A stretch of 64,000 bases of DNA from Dehalococcoidia bacterium (GTDB lineage Bacteria > Chloroflexota > Dehalococcoidia > Bin125): the NCBI GenBank assembly GCA_965208665.1, contig CBDBPH010000001.1, positions 16,408 through 80,407 of the forward strand, in the 5' to 3' direction. The notes beneath the pieces are model-generated. The model was not told the DNA's origin. It saw nothing but the letters and a program-made list of their open reading frames with translations, and searched no databases. The position numbers and the translations under genes were made by a program. Position 1 is the first letter of the stretch, and every line of letters begins with the position of its first letter. Positions 8,985 to 17,986 of this stretch are shown one piece after another.

Positions 8985-10565
8985 ATGAGGACTGTAGCAG
9001 CTTGGTCACTAACGAAGAAACTTGAAGATAGAGAGGAAGCACAACGGGCTTTTGCTCGACATCAGCAAGCGACGACCGATTGGCTGTTGAACAAAGGCAT
9101 TCAGGATGTAGAACTTGCAGAGCAACAGATTGCACTCACGAACGGGAAGCAGGCATCATTCTCACACAGCCGCTTGCGGGCGGAGGAAGGCCATATCTAC
9201 GCTTTCTCGTTGTTGGAACCTCACGACGACACCAACGAGTGGGAGACGCGATTTTCTCTCGCCGTAGGGGACTCAGAGTTGGCCTTGTTCTGCCAAATGC
9301 GGATTGGAAATCGACAAGCTGCCGTCGGCAACTTGCGCTATGACCCTAGATGCCCACACTTTCTGCGCGAGATCATTACCGATGGCCAATGGTACGCAGG
9401 ACCAACTGCAGTTTCATCCTCTGCCGCCAGTTATCTAGGAGGCCCCCAAGCCAATGAACTTGTCAAGTTGATCTGGAATCCCAATCGCAAGCTTCCAGTC
9501 GTCATCGTCTCAGAGTCAGACGGTTTCACATTGCATCCTGACATACTGGACCGTCTCGCCTATGACCTAAGCGGCATTGCCCATGTGGGACTCATTGATA
9601 CCGATGCTGCCTGGCGGATTACACAGCTAAGAGGTAAGGAGTGGTCCTGCTTCTGGGGGGCAGTTCGCCTCTATTGGCCGATGTCAGGTCAGGATGCCAA
9701 TCCAAGACATCATCCATTCTGGGCTCCGAGCCATGTCCTCAAGGACGGAGTAGATACCAAGCTGGCGGCTCTGCGCATCCGCAATAGCATACGAAGGAGA
9801 ATCCTGACGCAATCGACCGCCCTAACCCAACCCGGTCTGATATCTGTACTCCGTGCAGCACACTGGGGAGAGATAGCAAAGCAGGCGGAAGAAAGCCAGG
9901 AGAATCAGGCTCTCTTTGAGCTGGCGGCGTCTGCGGAAGCACAGCTGAGAGAGGAAGTCATTCAGTTGAAGGAGGATCTTGAGGCTGCGACCACAGAAAA
10001 TCTCCATTTGGAGAGGAAGAATGACGAACTAACAGCGCAGCTCGAGCAGATGAATGTAGCGATGGCTCATGCAGGTCGTCAGAGCGACGCGTCCGATACC
10101 TCCGACGCCCTTCAACCCAATGACATTCCTCAGCCCACGACAGTTGCCGAAGTGGTTGTACAGGCGCGCAGGAGTTGCGCCAATCTAGAGTTTGGTGGAG
10201 ACGTTGACGAGGGCGTGAGCGGACTGGCTCCTTCCGCTGGGCCTCCAGACGAAGTGTTGCGATATCTCCAAGAGTTGAACAACATGGCAGCGTTGATAGT
10301 CGACGATGGAGAAATCGGCGAGCATCCTCATACGTGGCTCGAGAAGCGGAATGTTGTCTCTTCAGGAGAGACAAAACGCACCATGAGCAGCCGATCGGAA
10401 CAACAGAGGAGAACTTGGGACACAGGATTCGGTGATTCGGATATCTACGAGTTCCACTTGAAGGTCAACGAAAGTACAAATCCGGCGAACTGTGTGCGCA
10501 TTTACTACAGACTAGGCGAACCTGGCCAGCGTACTAGTGTCGGGTGGGTAGGACGCCATCCCTAA
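8985..10565 (+). CDS. Hypothetical protein, low GC, with a central coiled coil and a C-terminal HLK..RIYY..GWVGRH domain
   Basis: 526-aa ORF with AAGGAG upstream; many A/T-ending codons, unlike its neighbours. Confidence 0.75.
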   Translation: MRTVAAWSLTKKLEDREEAQRAFARHQQATTDWLLNKGIQDVELAEQQIALTNGKQASFSHSRLRAEEGHIYAFSLLEPHDDTNEWETRFSLAVGDSELALFCQMRIGNRQAAVGNLRYDPRCPHFLREIITDGQWYAGPTAVSSSAASYLGGPQANELVKLIWNPNRKLPVVIVSESDGFTLHPDILDRLAYDLSGIAHVGLIDTDAAWRITQLRGKEWSCFWGAVRLYWPMSGQDANPRHHPFWAPSHVLKDGVDTKLAALRIRNSIRRRILTQSTALTQPGLISVLRAAHWGEIAKQAEESQENQALFELAASAEAQLREEVIQLKEDLEAATTENLHLERKNDELTAQLEQMNVAMAHAGRQSDASDTSDALQPNDIPQPTTVAEVVVQARRSCANLEFGGDVDEGVSGLAPSAGPPDEVLRYLQELNNMAALIVDDGEIGEHPHTWLEKRNVVSSGETKRTMSSRSEQQRRTWDTGFGDSDIYEFHLKVNESTNPANCVRIYYRLGEPGQRTSVGWVGRHP

Positions 10566-10596
10566 CTCTAGATTACGTTCTCGACAAACCAGTAAA

Positions 10597-11415
10597 TCAG
10601 TGCGTTCGGTGCCGCAGCCTGGCCACCATCACCGGTGGGATGTTCGGCATGTGATCCCAACTCAACCGACCTTCAGCGTCTCCGTCTCCTCCGTCGGTGA
10701 TCGATGGTTCCCGGATACCATCGAGGGCCCAGCCCCGCTCGAAGGCCGTGCTGAACAGCTCCGTCAACGTTCGGTCGAAGTACGGCTGAATTGACGGCTG
10801 GCCTTTGACTGCGATTCCATAGTTCACCCGCGTGTCGAGGTAGTTGGTGATCTTCACGCCTGCTTCTTCGATGAACTGCCCGTCCTCTGTCTCGATGCGT
10901 TCGCGAAACAGGCGGACCTGCGGTCCGGGCCGAAAGACCGGATGGAGCACGGAAAACACAAACGGCGCGTCCTCGGCCAGGGCGAGTGGGAGCATGTCGA
11001 AGAGTGGCGTGATCTCGGCGATGTCCATCAGCGCCATATTGCACACGGCTGCCCCGAACGGCGCTCCTGCAGCCCCGGATAGTGCCGCCAGCGCGGATCG
11101 GTCCGTGACATCGACACGAATCCACTGGATCTTGTCGCCGCCGGATCGTTGTCGTGCGCCTCTGAGTTGCCCTTCAGATGCGTCGGTGGCCGTGACAGCG
11201 ACGCCAAGCCCCGCCAACTGCCGCGCAAAGTTGCCGTTGCCGCAAGCCAGTTCGAGCACCGTGGTCGGTAGCGGCTGGAGCAGCTCGAGCGTGCTGGGAA
11301 ACACCAGCGTCCGCTGCCAGTGATTGCCCTCGTCGCCCTGGGCCTCGTCCCAGAACTCGGCGTTCGCTTCCCACGCCTCAACCGATTCGGCGTTGTAGTC
11401 CGGGTAGTCGACCAT
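10597..11415 (-). CDS. Class I SAM-dependent methyltransferase
   Basis: VLELACGNG motif I, TDASEGQL, CNMALMDI, FVFSVLHP; start taken at ATG 11415 (MVDYPDY). Confidence 0.88.
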   Translation of the reverse strand: MVDYPDYNAESVEAWEANAEFWDEAQGDEGNHWQRTLVFPSTLELLQPLPTTVLELACGNGNFARQLAGLGVAVTATDASEGQLRGARQRSGGDKIQWIRVDVTDRSALAALSGAAGAPFGAAVCNMALMDIAEITPLFDMLPLALAEDAPFVFSVLHPVFRPGPQVRLFRERIETEDGQFIEEAGVKITNYLDTRVNYGIAVKGQPSIQPYFDRTLTELFSTAFERGWALDGIREPSITDGGDGDAEGRLSWDHMPNIPPVMVARLRHRTH

Positions 11416-11497
11416 GTCGGGCTCGGTTTCGTTGGTACCGTAGGCGCAGACTGTCGAGATTATCACCGTATCTCGATTGCGTGCAGGGGGGATCACC

Positions 11498-12457
11498 ATG
11501 AGCGCACCACTTCCGGTCATCATCCAGGGTCTCGGCCCGATTGGCCTGCGAATCGCCGAGGCGGCTCAAAACGACTCCTTCCTCGAAGTCGTCGGAGCAG
11601 TTGAGATTAATCCCGAGATGGTTGGTCGACCGCTAGCGGACTTCGTTGACGGCGCCCCTGAAATCACCATCCGGCAGTCGATCGCCGCGGCGCGGGTCGA
11701 CTCCCGCTCGGACGGCGGAATCCTGATCCACTGCACCGGGTCCTACCTCGAACAGGTGTCGCCGCAGATCGAAGAGGCGTTGCGGCAGGACCTACATGTG
11801 GTCTCGACCTGTGAGGAACTCGCATTCGCCCAGGCGCGCCACCCCGAGATCGCGGCCGGCATCGATGTGCTGGCCCGGCGGGCCGAGCGAACCGTGGTCG
11901 GAACCGGCGTCAATCCCGGATTCCTGATGGATGCGTTGCCCGCGTCGCTCTCGTCGATTTCGCACAGCATCAAATCGGTCTCGGTCAAGCGAGTCCAGAA
12001 TCCCTCGCGGCGTCGGGTCCCGTTCCAGCAGAAGGTGGGGATGGGCATCTCAAAGGCACAATGGCAAGCGAAAAGCGACGCTGGCGGATTTGGTCACGTG
12101 GGACTGGTCGAATCGGCGAGATTGCTGGCCTACCCGCTTGGCTGGAAGTTGGTCGACTGGCAGCACGACATGGTTCCCTGCGAGGTGCCCGGGCAGGAGC
12201 TGGTCGCAGGAACGCTGGAGACGCTGCAAGGATCGACCTACGACGGCCACACCGTCCGCCTCCACTTCGAGGCCAACGCCTCGGTCGAAGAGGAGTATGA
12301 CGAGATCGTCGTTGAGGGCACGCCACCGCTCAAGCTGCGATTCGAGGGCGGCGTCTTTGGCGACGACGCCACCGCAGCGTCGGTGTTGCGCGCTGCCAGA
12401 GTGATCCCGCACACGCGGCGCGGATTGATGACCGTGCTGGACCTTCCCCTGCGTTAA
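11498..12457 (+). CDS. NAD(P)-dependent amine dehydrogenase of the DapB-like/Ord (2,4-diaminopentanoate dehydrogenase) family
   Basis: GLGPIG Rossmann motif, HCTGS, VVSTCEEL, GTGVNPGFLMD, GDDATA. Confidence 0.8.
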   Translation: MSAPLPVIIQGLGPIGLRIAEAAQNDSFLEVVGAVEINPEMVGRPLADFVDGAPEITIRQSIAAARVDSRSDGGILIHCTGSYLEQVSPQIEEALRQDLHVVSTCEELAFAQARHPEIAAGIDVLARRAERTVVGTGVNPGFLMDALPASLSSISHSIKSVSVKRVQNPSRRRVPFQQKVGMGISKAQWQAKSDAGGFGHVGLVESARLLAYPLGWKLVDWQHDMVPCEVPGQELVAGTLETLQGSTYDGHTVRLHFEANASVEEEYDEIVVEGTPPLKLRFEGGVFGDDATAASVLRAARVIPHTRRGLMTVLDLPLR

Positions 12458-12507
12458 ACTGGGCATCCGCCCGATACACGCCGGGCGAATGCCGAGAGGG
12501 GATCGAA

Positions 12508-13017
12508 ATGGACTTCGACGACCGAGAGTTCCGCAATGCCTTGGGCATGTTCCCGAGCGGCGTCACCGTGGTCACGACCGGCACCGACCCGAACTTCGTC
12601 GGTATGACGGCGCAATCGTTCTCGTCTCTCTCCCTTGACCCTCCGCTTGTCCTGGTCTGCGTCGACAAAGGCGCGAGCGTGTTGCCCCTGCTCAAAGACA
12701 CCGCTGCGTTCAGCGTCAACATCCTGCCCGATACGGCAATGGACACCTCCAACTTCTTCGCCAGCAGCAAGCGACCGGCGCCGCCGCACCAGTTCGACGA
12801 CCACGAGCACGTGCTGGGTGAGACCGGTCAGCCGCGGCTGGCCAGCGCCACGATGGTCTTCGACTGCACGATTCATTCGGTGCTCGAAGGCGGCGACCAC
12901 GAGATCATCGTCGGCGAAGTCAAAGCGTTCGAAAAACAGTCCGACGACGAACCGATCCTGTTCTACGGCGGCAACTACCGCAAGATGGGCCCGCCCGACC
13001 CGTCCATGAGCTGGTAG
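12508..13017 (+). CDS. Flavin reductase family protein
   Basis: FRNALGMFPSGVTVVT, SFSSLSLDPPLV, GDH. Confidence 0.92.
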   Translation: MDFDDREFRNALGMFPSGVTVVTTGTDPNFVGMTAQSFSSLSLDPPLVLVCVDKGASVLPLLKDTAAFSVNILPDTAMDTSNFFASSKRPAPPHQFDDHEHVLGETGQPRLASATMVFDCTIHSVLEGGDHEIIVGEVKAFEKQSDDEPILFYGGNYRKMGPPDPSMSW

Positions 13018-13036
13018 CTGCAGGACGCCGACCCCG

Positions 13037-13594
13037 ATGTGCGTGCAGGAGATGGACGATCGACCTCTTTTGGCGACCGAACCGCCGCTGCCTGCCGACG
13101 ACTTCGTTCCCGCGCTCTGGGTCCCCCTCACCAGGGCGTTACGTGCGCGCCGTCGATTGATTCAGATGGTCGAGGTTCTTCCGGCGGAGCGTTGGCTGCA
13201 GGAGTCCGCTGCACCCGCCTGGTCACGCCGAGACGTACTCGCGCATCTCGCCGCATCCGATCGTCGCTATCACGACGTGTTGAACGCGGTCCTCAACGGA
13301 TCGCCGTTGGAGCACTGGAAGCCGGATCCATCCATGCCAAGCCCGGAATTGGATCTGGCGAACAGCCTGGGCGCCGAACGCTTCCTCGGGCAGCCGGTCG
13401 GCGCCTTGGCGGAGCAACTGGACGCAGGCGCCGAGAAGTCCACCATGCTGTTGTCGGCACTGACGGAGGACCAGGTGTTGATGCGAATGGGATTCGCCGC
13501 GAACGCACTCTCGCTCCTGGAGGCCTGGGCTGCCCATGACAACGCTCACGCGGACGACATCATTAACGGGCCGAAAATGATGCGATCGTTGTGA
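13037..13594 (+). CDS. DinB/maleylpyruvate-isomerase N-terminal-like protein
   Basis: WSRRDVLAHL and a C-terminal HDNAH metal-binding pattern. Confidence 0.65.
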   Translation: MCVQEMDDRPLLATEPPLPADDFVPALWVPLTRALRARRRLIQMVEVLPAERWLQESAAPAWSRRDVLAHLAASDRRYHDVLNAVLNGSPLEHWKPDPSMPSPELDLANSLGAERFLGQPVGALAEQLDAGAEKSTMLLSALTEDQVLMRMGFAANALSLLEAWAAHDNAHADDIINGPKMMRSL

Positions 13595-13651
13595 CTTGAC
13601 TCCGTCACACCCACGGTTGCCGGGGCCATGACAGTAATATGTGGATTCTCG

Positions 13652-14479
13652 CTACTTGGCGATGCGCAACCGCGCCTCCAGCAGCCGTTCCACCCTCGAC
13701 GCCTCCAGCCGGTCAACGAAGGCGTCAACGAGCGCATTGGCGACCGAGTCGGCCCCCTGAGTCATCAGCATCTGCAACAGACCGCGTTTGGGCCGGACCA
13801 GCGTGGTGCGCTTCTCGATGCCGGCTGCCTCGGCGGCCCACTCGACAGCGTCGCTCAGGTCACCGAGCCTGTCCACGAGTCCAAGTTCATGGGCCTCGGC
13901 ACCGGTGTGAATCTCACCGGAAGCGAGTTCAGCTACTCGATCGCGGTCGAGCTCCGGCCGTCCCTCCGCCACGATGTCGACAAATCGCTCGTAGACGGAG
14001 TGGATCAGCGCGTCCAGCTTCTCGTCCTCTTCGGGGGTCGTCTCGCGGAAGAGCGAGCCCATGTCCTTGTATTCTCCCGCCGCGCGAGTGCGCATCTTGA
14101 CGCCGACGCGATCGAGCGCCTCGGAGATCATCGGCGCCGTCCAGATCACGCCGATCGAGCCCACAACCGAGGTTGGCAAGGCGAAAATCGGGTTGGCAGC
14201 GCAAGCGATCATGTAGCCACCCGAGGCGCCGACTCCGCGAATCGCCGCCGCCACCGGCTTCTTGTCGGACAGCCGTTTGGCGGCCATGTACAGGGCCTCC
14301 GATGCCGCTGCGCCGCCCCCCGGCGAGTCGATGTCGAGTACGACCGCTGGGTAGCGGGGATTCTCGGCGATGCTGCTGAACGTGCGAGCCAGTTCGCGCG
14401 GATTCAGGCGGGCGCCGATCTGCCCGGCCACTTCGACCACGGCGACGCGAGGCGGAAAGAGATACTGCTCAAAGTCCAT
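13652..14479 (-). CDS. sppA: S49 family signal peptide peptidase
   Basis: IDSPGG, ASGGYMIA, GSIGV, GEYKD, GLVDRLG. Confidence 0.88.
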   Translation of the reverse strand: MDFEQYLFPPRVAVVEVAGQIGARLNPRELARTFSSIAENPRYPAVVLDIDSPGGGAAASEALYMAAKRLSDKKPVAAAIRGVGASGGYMIACAANPIFALPTSVVGSIGVIWTAPMISEALDRVGVKMRTRAAGEYKDMGSLFRETTPEEDEKLDALIHSVYERFVDIVAEGRPELDRDRVAELASGEIHTGAEAHELGLVDRLGDLSDAVEWAAEAAGIEKRTTLVRPKRGLLQMLMTQGADSVANALVDAFVDRLEASRVERLLEARLRIAK

Positions 14480-14631
14480 CACTGACCATCCAATCTTCAT
14501 CGACACTCGCTCAGTGTACGAGCGCTTGCCCTGTGCGTTGACTGTGTAACGGCGTCAGGCGATGATCTGTCACACTGGCCGCAGAGCAACCATGATGTCT
14601 TTGCGAGCCTTACCTCGCAGGGGAGGCCAAC

Positions 14632-15009
14632 GTGACCGAAACCGCCGTCTGTCCGCTGTCGGAACTGCCCCCCGGTGAGGTCACCGCCGCTGATCTCGAC
14701 GGTACACGGGTGTGCGTCGCCAACGTGCATGGCGAGATTTTCGCAGTCCAGGACAAGTGTCCCCACCTCTTCGCGCCGCTCTCCGTCGGAGACCTGAAGA
14801 ACGCGCACATCGTCTGTCCCTGGCACGACTCCGAGTTCGACATGCGCACCGGCCAGACCAAGTCCTGGCTGCCCAACGGCATGTGGAACCTGATCCACAA
14901 ACTGATGCCCCCGCCCCCACCCTTCATCAAGAACAAGATCGAGCCCGAGTACATCCAGACCTTCAGGACCCGCATAGACGACGGGACGATCTACGTCTCA
15001 GACGAATAG
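14632..15009 (+). CDS. Rieske 2Fe-2S ferredoxin
   Basis: CPH...CPWH ligands, FDMRTG; GGAGG ribosome-binding site. Confidence 0.9.
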   Translation: MTETAVCPLSELPPGEVTAADLDGTRVCVANVHGEIFAVQDKCPHLFAPLSVGDLKNAHIVCPWHDSEFDMRTGQTKSWLPNGMWNLIHKLMPPPPPFIKNKIEPEYIQTFRTRIDDGTIYVSDE

Positions 15010-15037
15010 CGCTTCTCTTTCATCCTGACAGCTGATT

Positions 15038-15128
15038 CCGTCGTGGCCTCGCTTGCCGCGGCAATCTCGATGAGCGTGCGCCGGCGGTGGTCACGGCGAG
15101 ATACCCGCGGCGAGCGCGGGCATGACGG
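15038..15128. repeat. Inverted REP-like doublet between convergent genes
   Basis: ccgtcgtggcctcgcttgccgcggcaatctcg versus the reverse complement of cgagatacccgcggcgagcgcgggcatgacgg: 26 of 32 positions match. Confidence 0.7.
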
Positions 15129-15160
15129 CGTTGATCGCGGTGGAGCGTCCGCTCTCTTGG

Positions 15161-15955
15161 TTAACCTCGGTCCTGGATCCAGCCGTTAACCGAGGTCATG
15201 CCGCCGTCGGCGGCGATGCATTGCCCGGTGATGAAGGAGGAGTCGTCACAGGCAAGGAACAGGGCCAGCGTGGCGATTTCTTCGGGGTCGCCGCTGCGGG
15301 CCATGGGGGAGATGCGGGCTCCGCGTTCTCGGCGGGCTCTCAGGTCTTCCTCCGTTTGCTCGGCGTCTGAGGGCAGGGCGAACCGCGTGGTGATCGCGCC
15401 GGGGATGATGCAGTTGACGCGGATGTTCTTGGACGCGACCTCGGCCGCGCAGGTGCGGGTGAGCGAGTGGGCGCCGTACTTGGCGGCGGAGTAGGGGCCG
15501 GTGGTGGGAATGCCCTGCAAGGCGCCGATGCTGGAGGTGGAGATGATGCTGCCGCCGCCGGAGGCTTCGATCAAGGGGATGCCGAAGCGCATGCCCAGCC
15601 AAACGGCGGTGAGGTTGACGGCGATGGCCTCGTTGAACTCGTCCAGCGTCAGCTCGTGCAGCAGCCTGGGGCCGGTGAGGCCGGGGCCGGCGTTGTTGAA
15701 GACGACGTGCAGCGCGCCCCACTTCTCCATGGCGGCGTCGAAGGCGGCGCCCAGGCGCGTTTCATCGCGCACATCGGCTTGGAAGGGGAGGCACTTCTCG
15801 CCAATCTCGTCGGCGGCGGCCTGTAGGCGTTCCTGATTGCGGCCGACGATCACGACGTTGGCCCCTTCTTCCACAAAGAGGCGCGCTGAGGACAACCCCA
15901 TGCCGGCGCTGGCGCCGACGATGATGGCAGTTTTTCCTTCGAGTTTTCCGGGCAT
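15161..15955 (-). CDS. SDR family oxidoreductase
   Basis: GASAGMG, NNAG, YSAAK, DGG; GGAG ribosome-binding site before ATG 15955. Confidence 0.92.
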   Translation of the reverse strand: MPGKLEGKTAIIVGASAGMGLSSARLFVEEGANVVIVGRNQERLQAAADEIGEKCLPFQADVRDETRLGAAFDAAMEKWGALHVVFNNAGPGLTGPRLLHELTLDEFNEAIAVNLTAVWLGMRFGIPLIEASGGGSIISTSSIGALQGIPTTGPYSAAKYGAHSLTRTCAAEVASKNIRVNCIIPGAITTRFALPSDAEQTEEDLRARRERGARISPMARSGDPEEIATLALFLACDDSSFITGQCIAADGGMTSVNGWIQDRG

Positions 15956-16066
15956 GGACTCTCCTGCTGCATGCGACCGCCTCCGTTGCGGCGACCGACC
16001 TCGCGGCAGCATATACCGCCTGGCGTGCGCTGCAGGGTGCCCGCCAGCCGCAGCAGCAGGGCGCTC

Positions 16067-16873
16067 TTAGAAGCCCCGGAAGTTGGGCTCGCGCTTTTCG
16101 GCGAATGCCTTGGGGCCTTCCTTGGCGTCCTCGGTCGAGCGGGCGATGACCATTGCGTGGTCGGCCATTTCCAGCGATTCGTGCAGGCCGGTCTCGGCCG
16201 AGCGGTAAGCGAGACGCTTGATCATCTGGACTGAGACTGCGGGCATCCTGGAGATATGCCCAGCTAGCTCGAACGTCGCCGGCATCAACTCGTCATGCTC
16301 GACGACCTGGCTCACATAGCCCATCGCCAGCGCTTCCTCTGCCGTGAAGATCTTGCCGGTCCACATGAGCTCGAGCGCCTTCGACATGCCGACGATCCGC
16401 GGCAGGTAGTAGGCGCCGCCGTCGCCGGGGATCAGCGCCATGCGCACGTAGGCCATGCCGAACTTGGCACGGTCGGAGGCGATCCGCAGATCGGCCATCG
16501 AGGCCATATCCATGCCCGCACCGACGGCCGCCCCATTGACGGCAGCGATGTACGGCTTCTCGCAGTTGAACAGCGCCCGCGGAACCCGCTGAACCGAGTT
16601 GCGCAGCGAGTTCCGATTTGCGGCGGGAGCGTTCGGGTCGCCGCCGAGCACATCGGCCCCGGCTCGCTCGCGGCCGACGTCGGCGCCGGAGCAGAAGCCG
16701 CGTCCCTCGCCGGTGACGATGATCACCCGCACGTTCTGGTCGACAGACGCGCGCGTGATCGACTCCTGCCACGCGTCGAGCATCTCGTTCGAAAACGCGT
16801 TCAGCTTCTCCGGACGATTAAGCGTGATCACGGCGATGTGATCCTGGACGTCGTAGAGCAGTTCTTCGGTCAT
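16067..16873 (-). CDS. Enoyl-CoA hydratase/isomerase (crotonase) family
   Basis: ITLNRPEKLNA, FCSGAD, AVNGAAVGAG, FAEKREPNF. Confidence 0.92.
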   Translation of the reverse strand: MTEELLYDVQDHIAVITLNRPEKLNAFSNEMLDAWQESITRASVDQNVRVIIVTGEGRGFCSGADVGRERAGADVLGGDPNAPAANRNSLRNSVQRVPRALFNCEKPYIAAVNGAAVGAGMDMASMADLRIASDRAKFGMAYVRMALIPGDGGAYYLPRIVGMSKALELMWTGKIFTAEEALAMGYVSQVVEHDELMPATFELAGHISRMPAVSVQMIKRLAYRSAETGLHESLEMADHAMVIARSTEDAKEGPKAFAEKREPNFRGF

Positions 16874-16890
16874 GGCGGGGAAACCTGCGC

Positions 16891-16990
16891 TTTCTGTTCG
16901 CTCGTGTTCGAGCCTGTTCGGTTCCGTTCGGTTGGAATCGGCTCGGCGGCGTCCGAATTTGTCCAGATCTGTCCAGATTCGTCCGGATTT
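16891..16990. repeat. Phased 10-bp direct repeats (GTTCG x4, GTCC x4)
   Basis: tttctgttcg ctcgtgttcg agcctgttcg gttccgttcg, then gtccgaattt gtccagatct gtccagattc gtccggattt. Confidence 0.75.
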
Positions 16991-16994
16991 CGGC

Positions 16995-17786
16995 CTAATT
17001 CATCCGCATGCCGCCGTCAACGTTGAGCGACTGTCCCGTGATGTTCCCGGCGTCATCGGACGCGAAGAACACGGCCGCCTTGCCAATGTCTGACGGCGTC
17101 TGCTCGCGCGCGAGCGGCATGTTGGCCGCGATCACCGCCTCAAAGCGCTCGCGTCGGTCGACGACTTCCTCGGTGTGATCGCCGGCGAACATGCCTTCGA
17201 TTTGGCGCCAGAGATCGGTCCAGAGCAGGCCCGGGCAGATCGCATTCACGTTGATGTTGAAGCGTCCGAGCTCGGCCGCCTGGGATTGGGTGATGCTGAT
17301 AGCCCCGGCCTTGGAAGCGGAGTACGCGGCCATACCGCCCCCGATTCGGCCGGCAATCGAGGCAATGTTGACGATCTTGCCGCCGCCGCGCTCCTTGAAG
17401 TGCGGAGTAACAGCCGAGGTGACCTTCCAGATGCCCTTGAGGTTGACTTCGTAGCAGCGGTCCCAGTCTTCCTCGGTCTCGTCGTCGCCGAAGTTGTCCG
17501 GAGGCACGCCTGCATTGTTGACGAGAATGTCGATTTGGCCCATCTCGGCGATCGCGTTCGCGACGTTGGACGAGATCGAGTCCTCGCTGGTGACATCCAT
17601 TTCGAGTGCCAGCACTCGGACATCGTGGCTACTCTGCAGTTCTCCGGCGGTTTGGCTGGCAACGTCGATCAACACGTCGGCGACGATGATGTCTGCGCCC
17701 TCCTTCGCCAGCTCAGTCGCAATGCCTCTGCCAATGCCTCGCGCGGATCCAGTGACCAGCGCAACCTTGCCGTTCAATCGTCCCAT
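16995..17786 (-). CDS. SDR oxidoreductase (tandem paralogue 1)
   Basis: TGSARGIG, NNAG, YSASK. Confidence 0.92.
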   Translation of the reverse strand: MGRLNGKVALVTGSARGIGRGIATELAKEGADIIVADVLIDVASQTAGELQSSHDVRVLALEMDVTSEDSISSNVANAIAEMGQIDILVNNAGVPPDNFGDDETEEDWDRCYEVNLKGIWKVTSAVTPHFKERGGGKIVNIASIAGRIGGGMAAYSASKAGAISITQSQAAELGRFNINVNAICPGLLWTDLWRQIEGMFAGDHTEEVVDRRERFEAVIAANMPLAREQTPSDIGKAAVFFASDDAGNITGQSLNVDGGMRMN

Positions 17787-17986
17787 TGTTGGGCTCCAGT
17801 TCTAGTACCGCTCAGCCTAACGGGCACCTGCGTAAGCGACCCAGCAGGTGCAGAGCGCACTGGTCACCATCGACGCGCGCCTGACGCCGGCCACCATGAC
17901 GAGCGCGTTGAGTAACGTTTCTCGGCGAGGACGCCAGGCCCTACGTGCTGATGTTCGGATGTGTTTGGACTTGTTCGAGTTTCGCT

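Noticed and set aside
16891-16990. CRISPR array or alphaproteobacterial LexA box (GTTC-N7-GTTC)
   Set aside because: The units are 10 bp with no spacer structure, and the period is 10 rather than 11.
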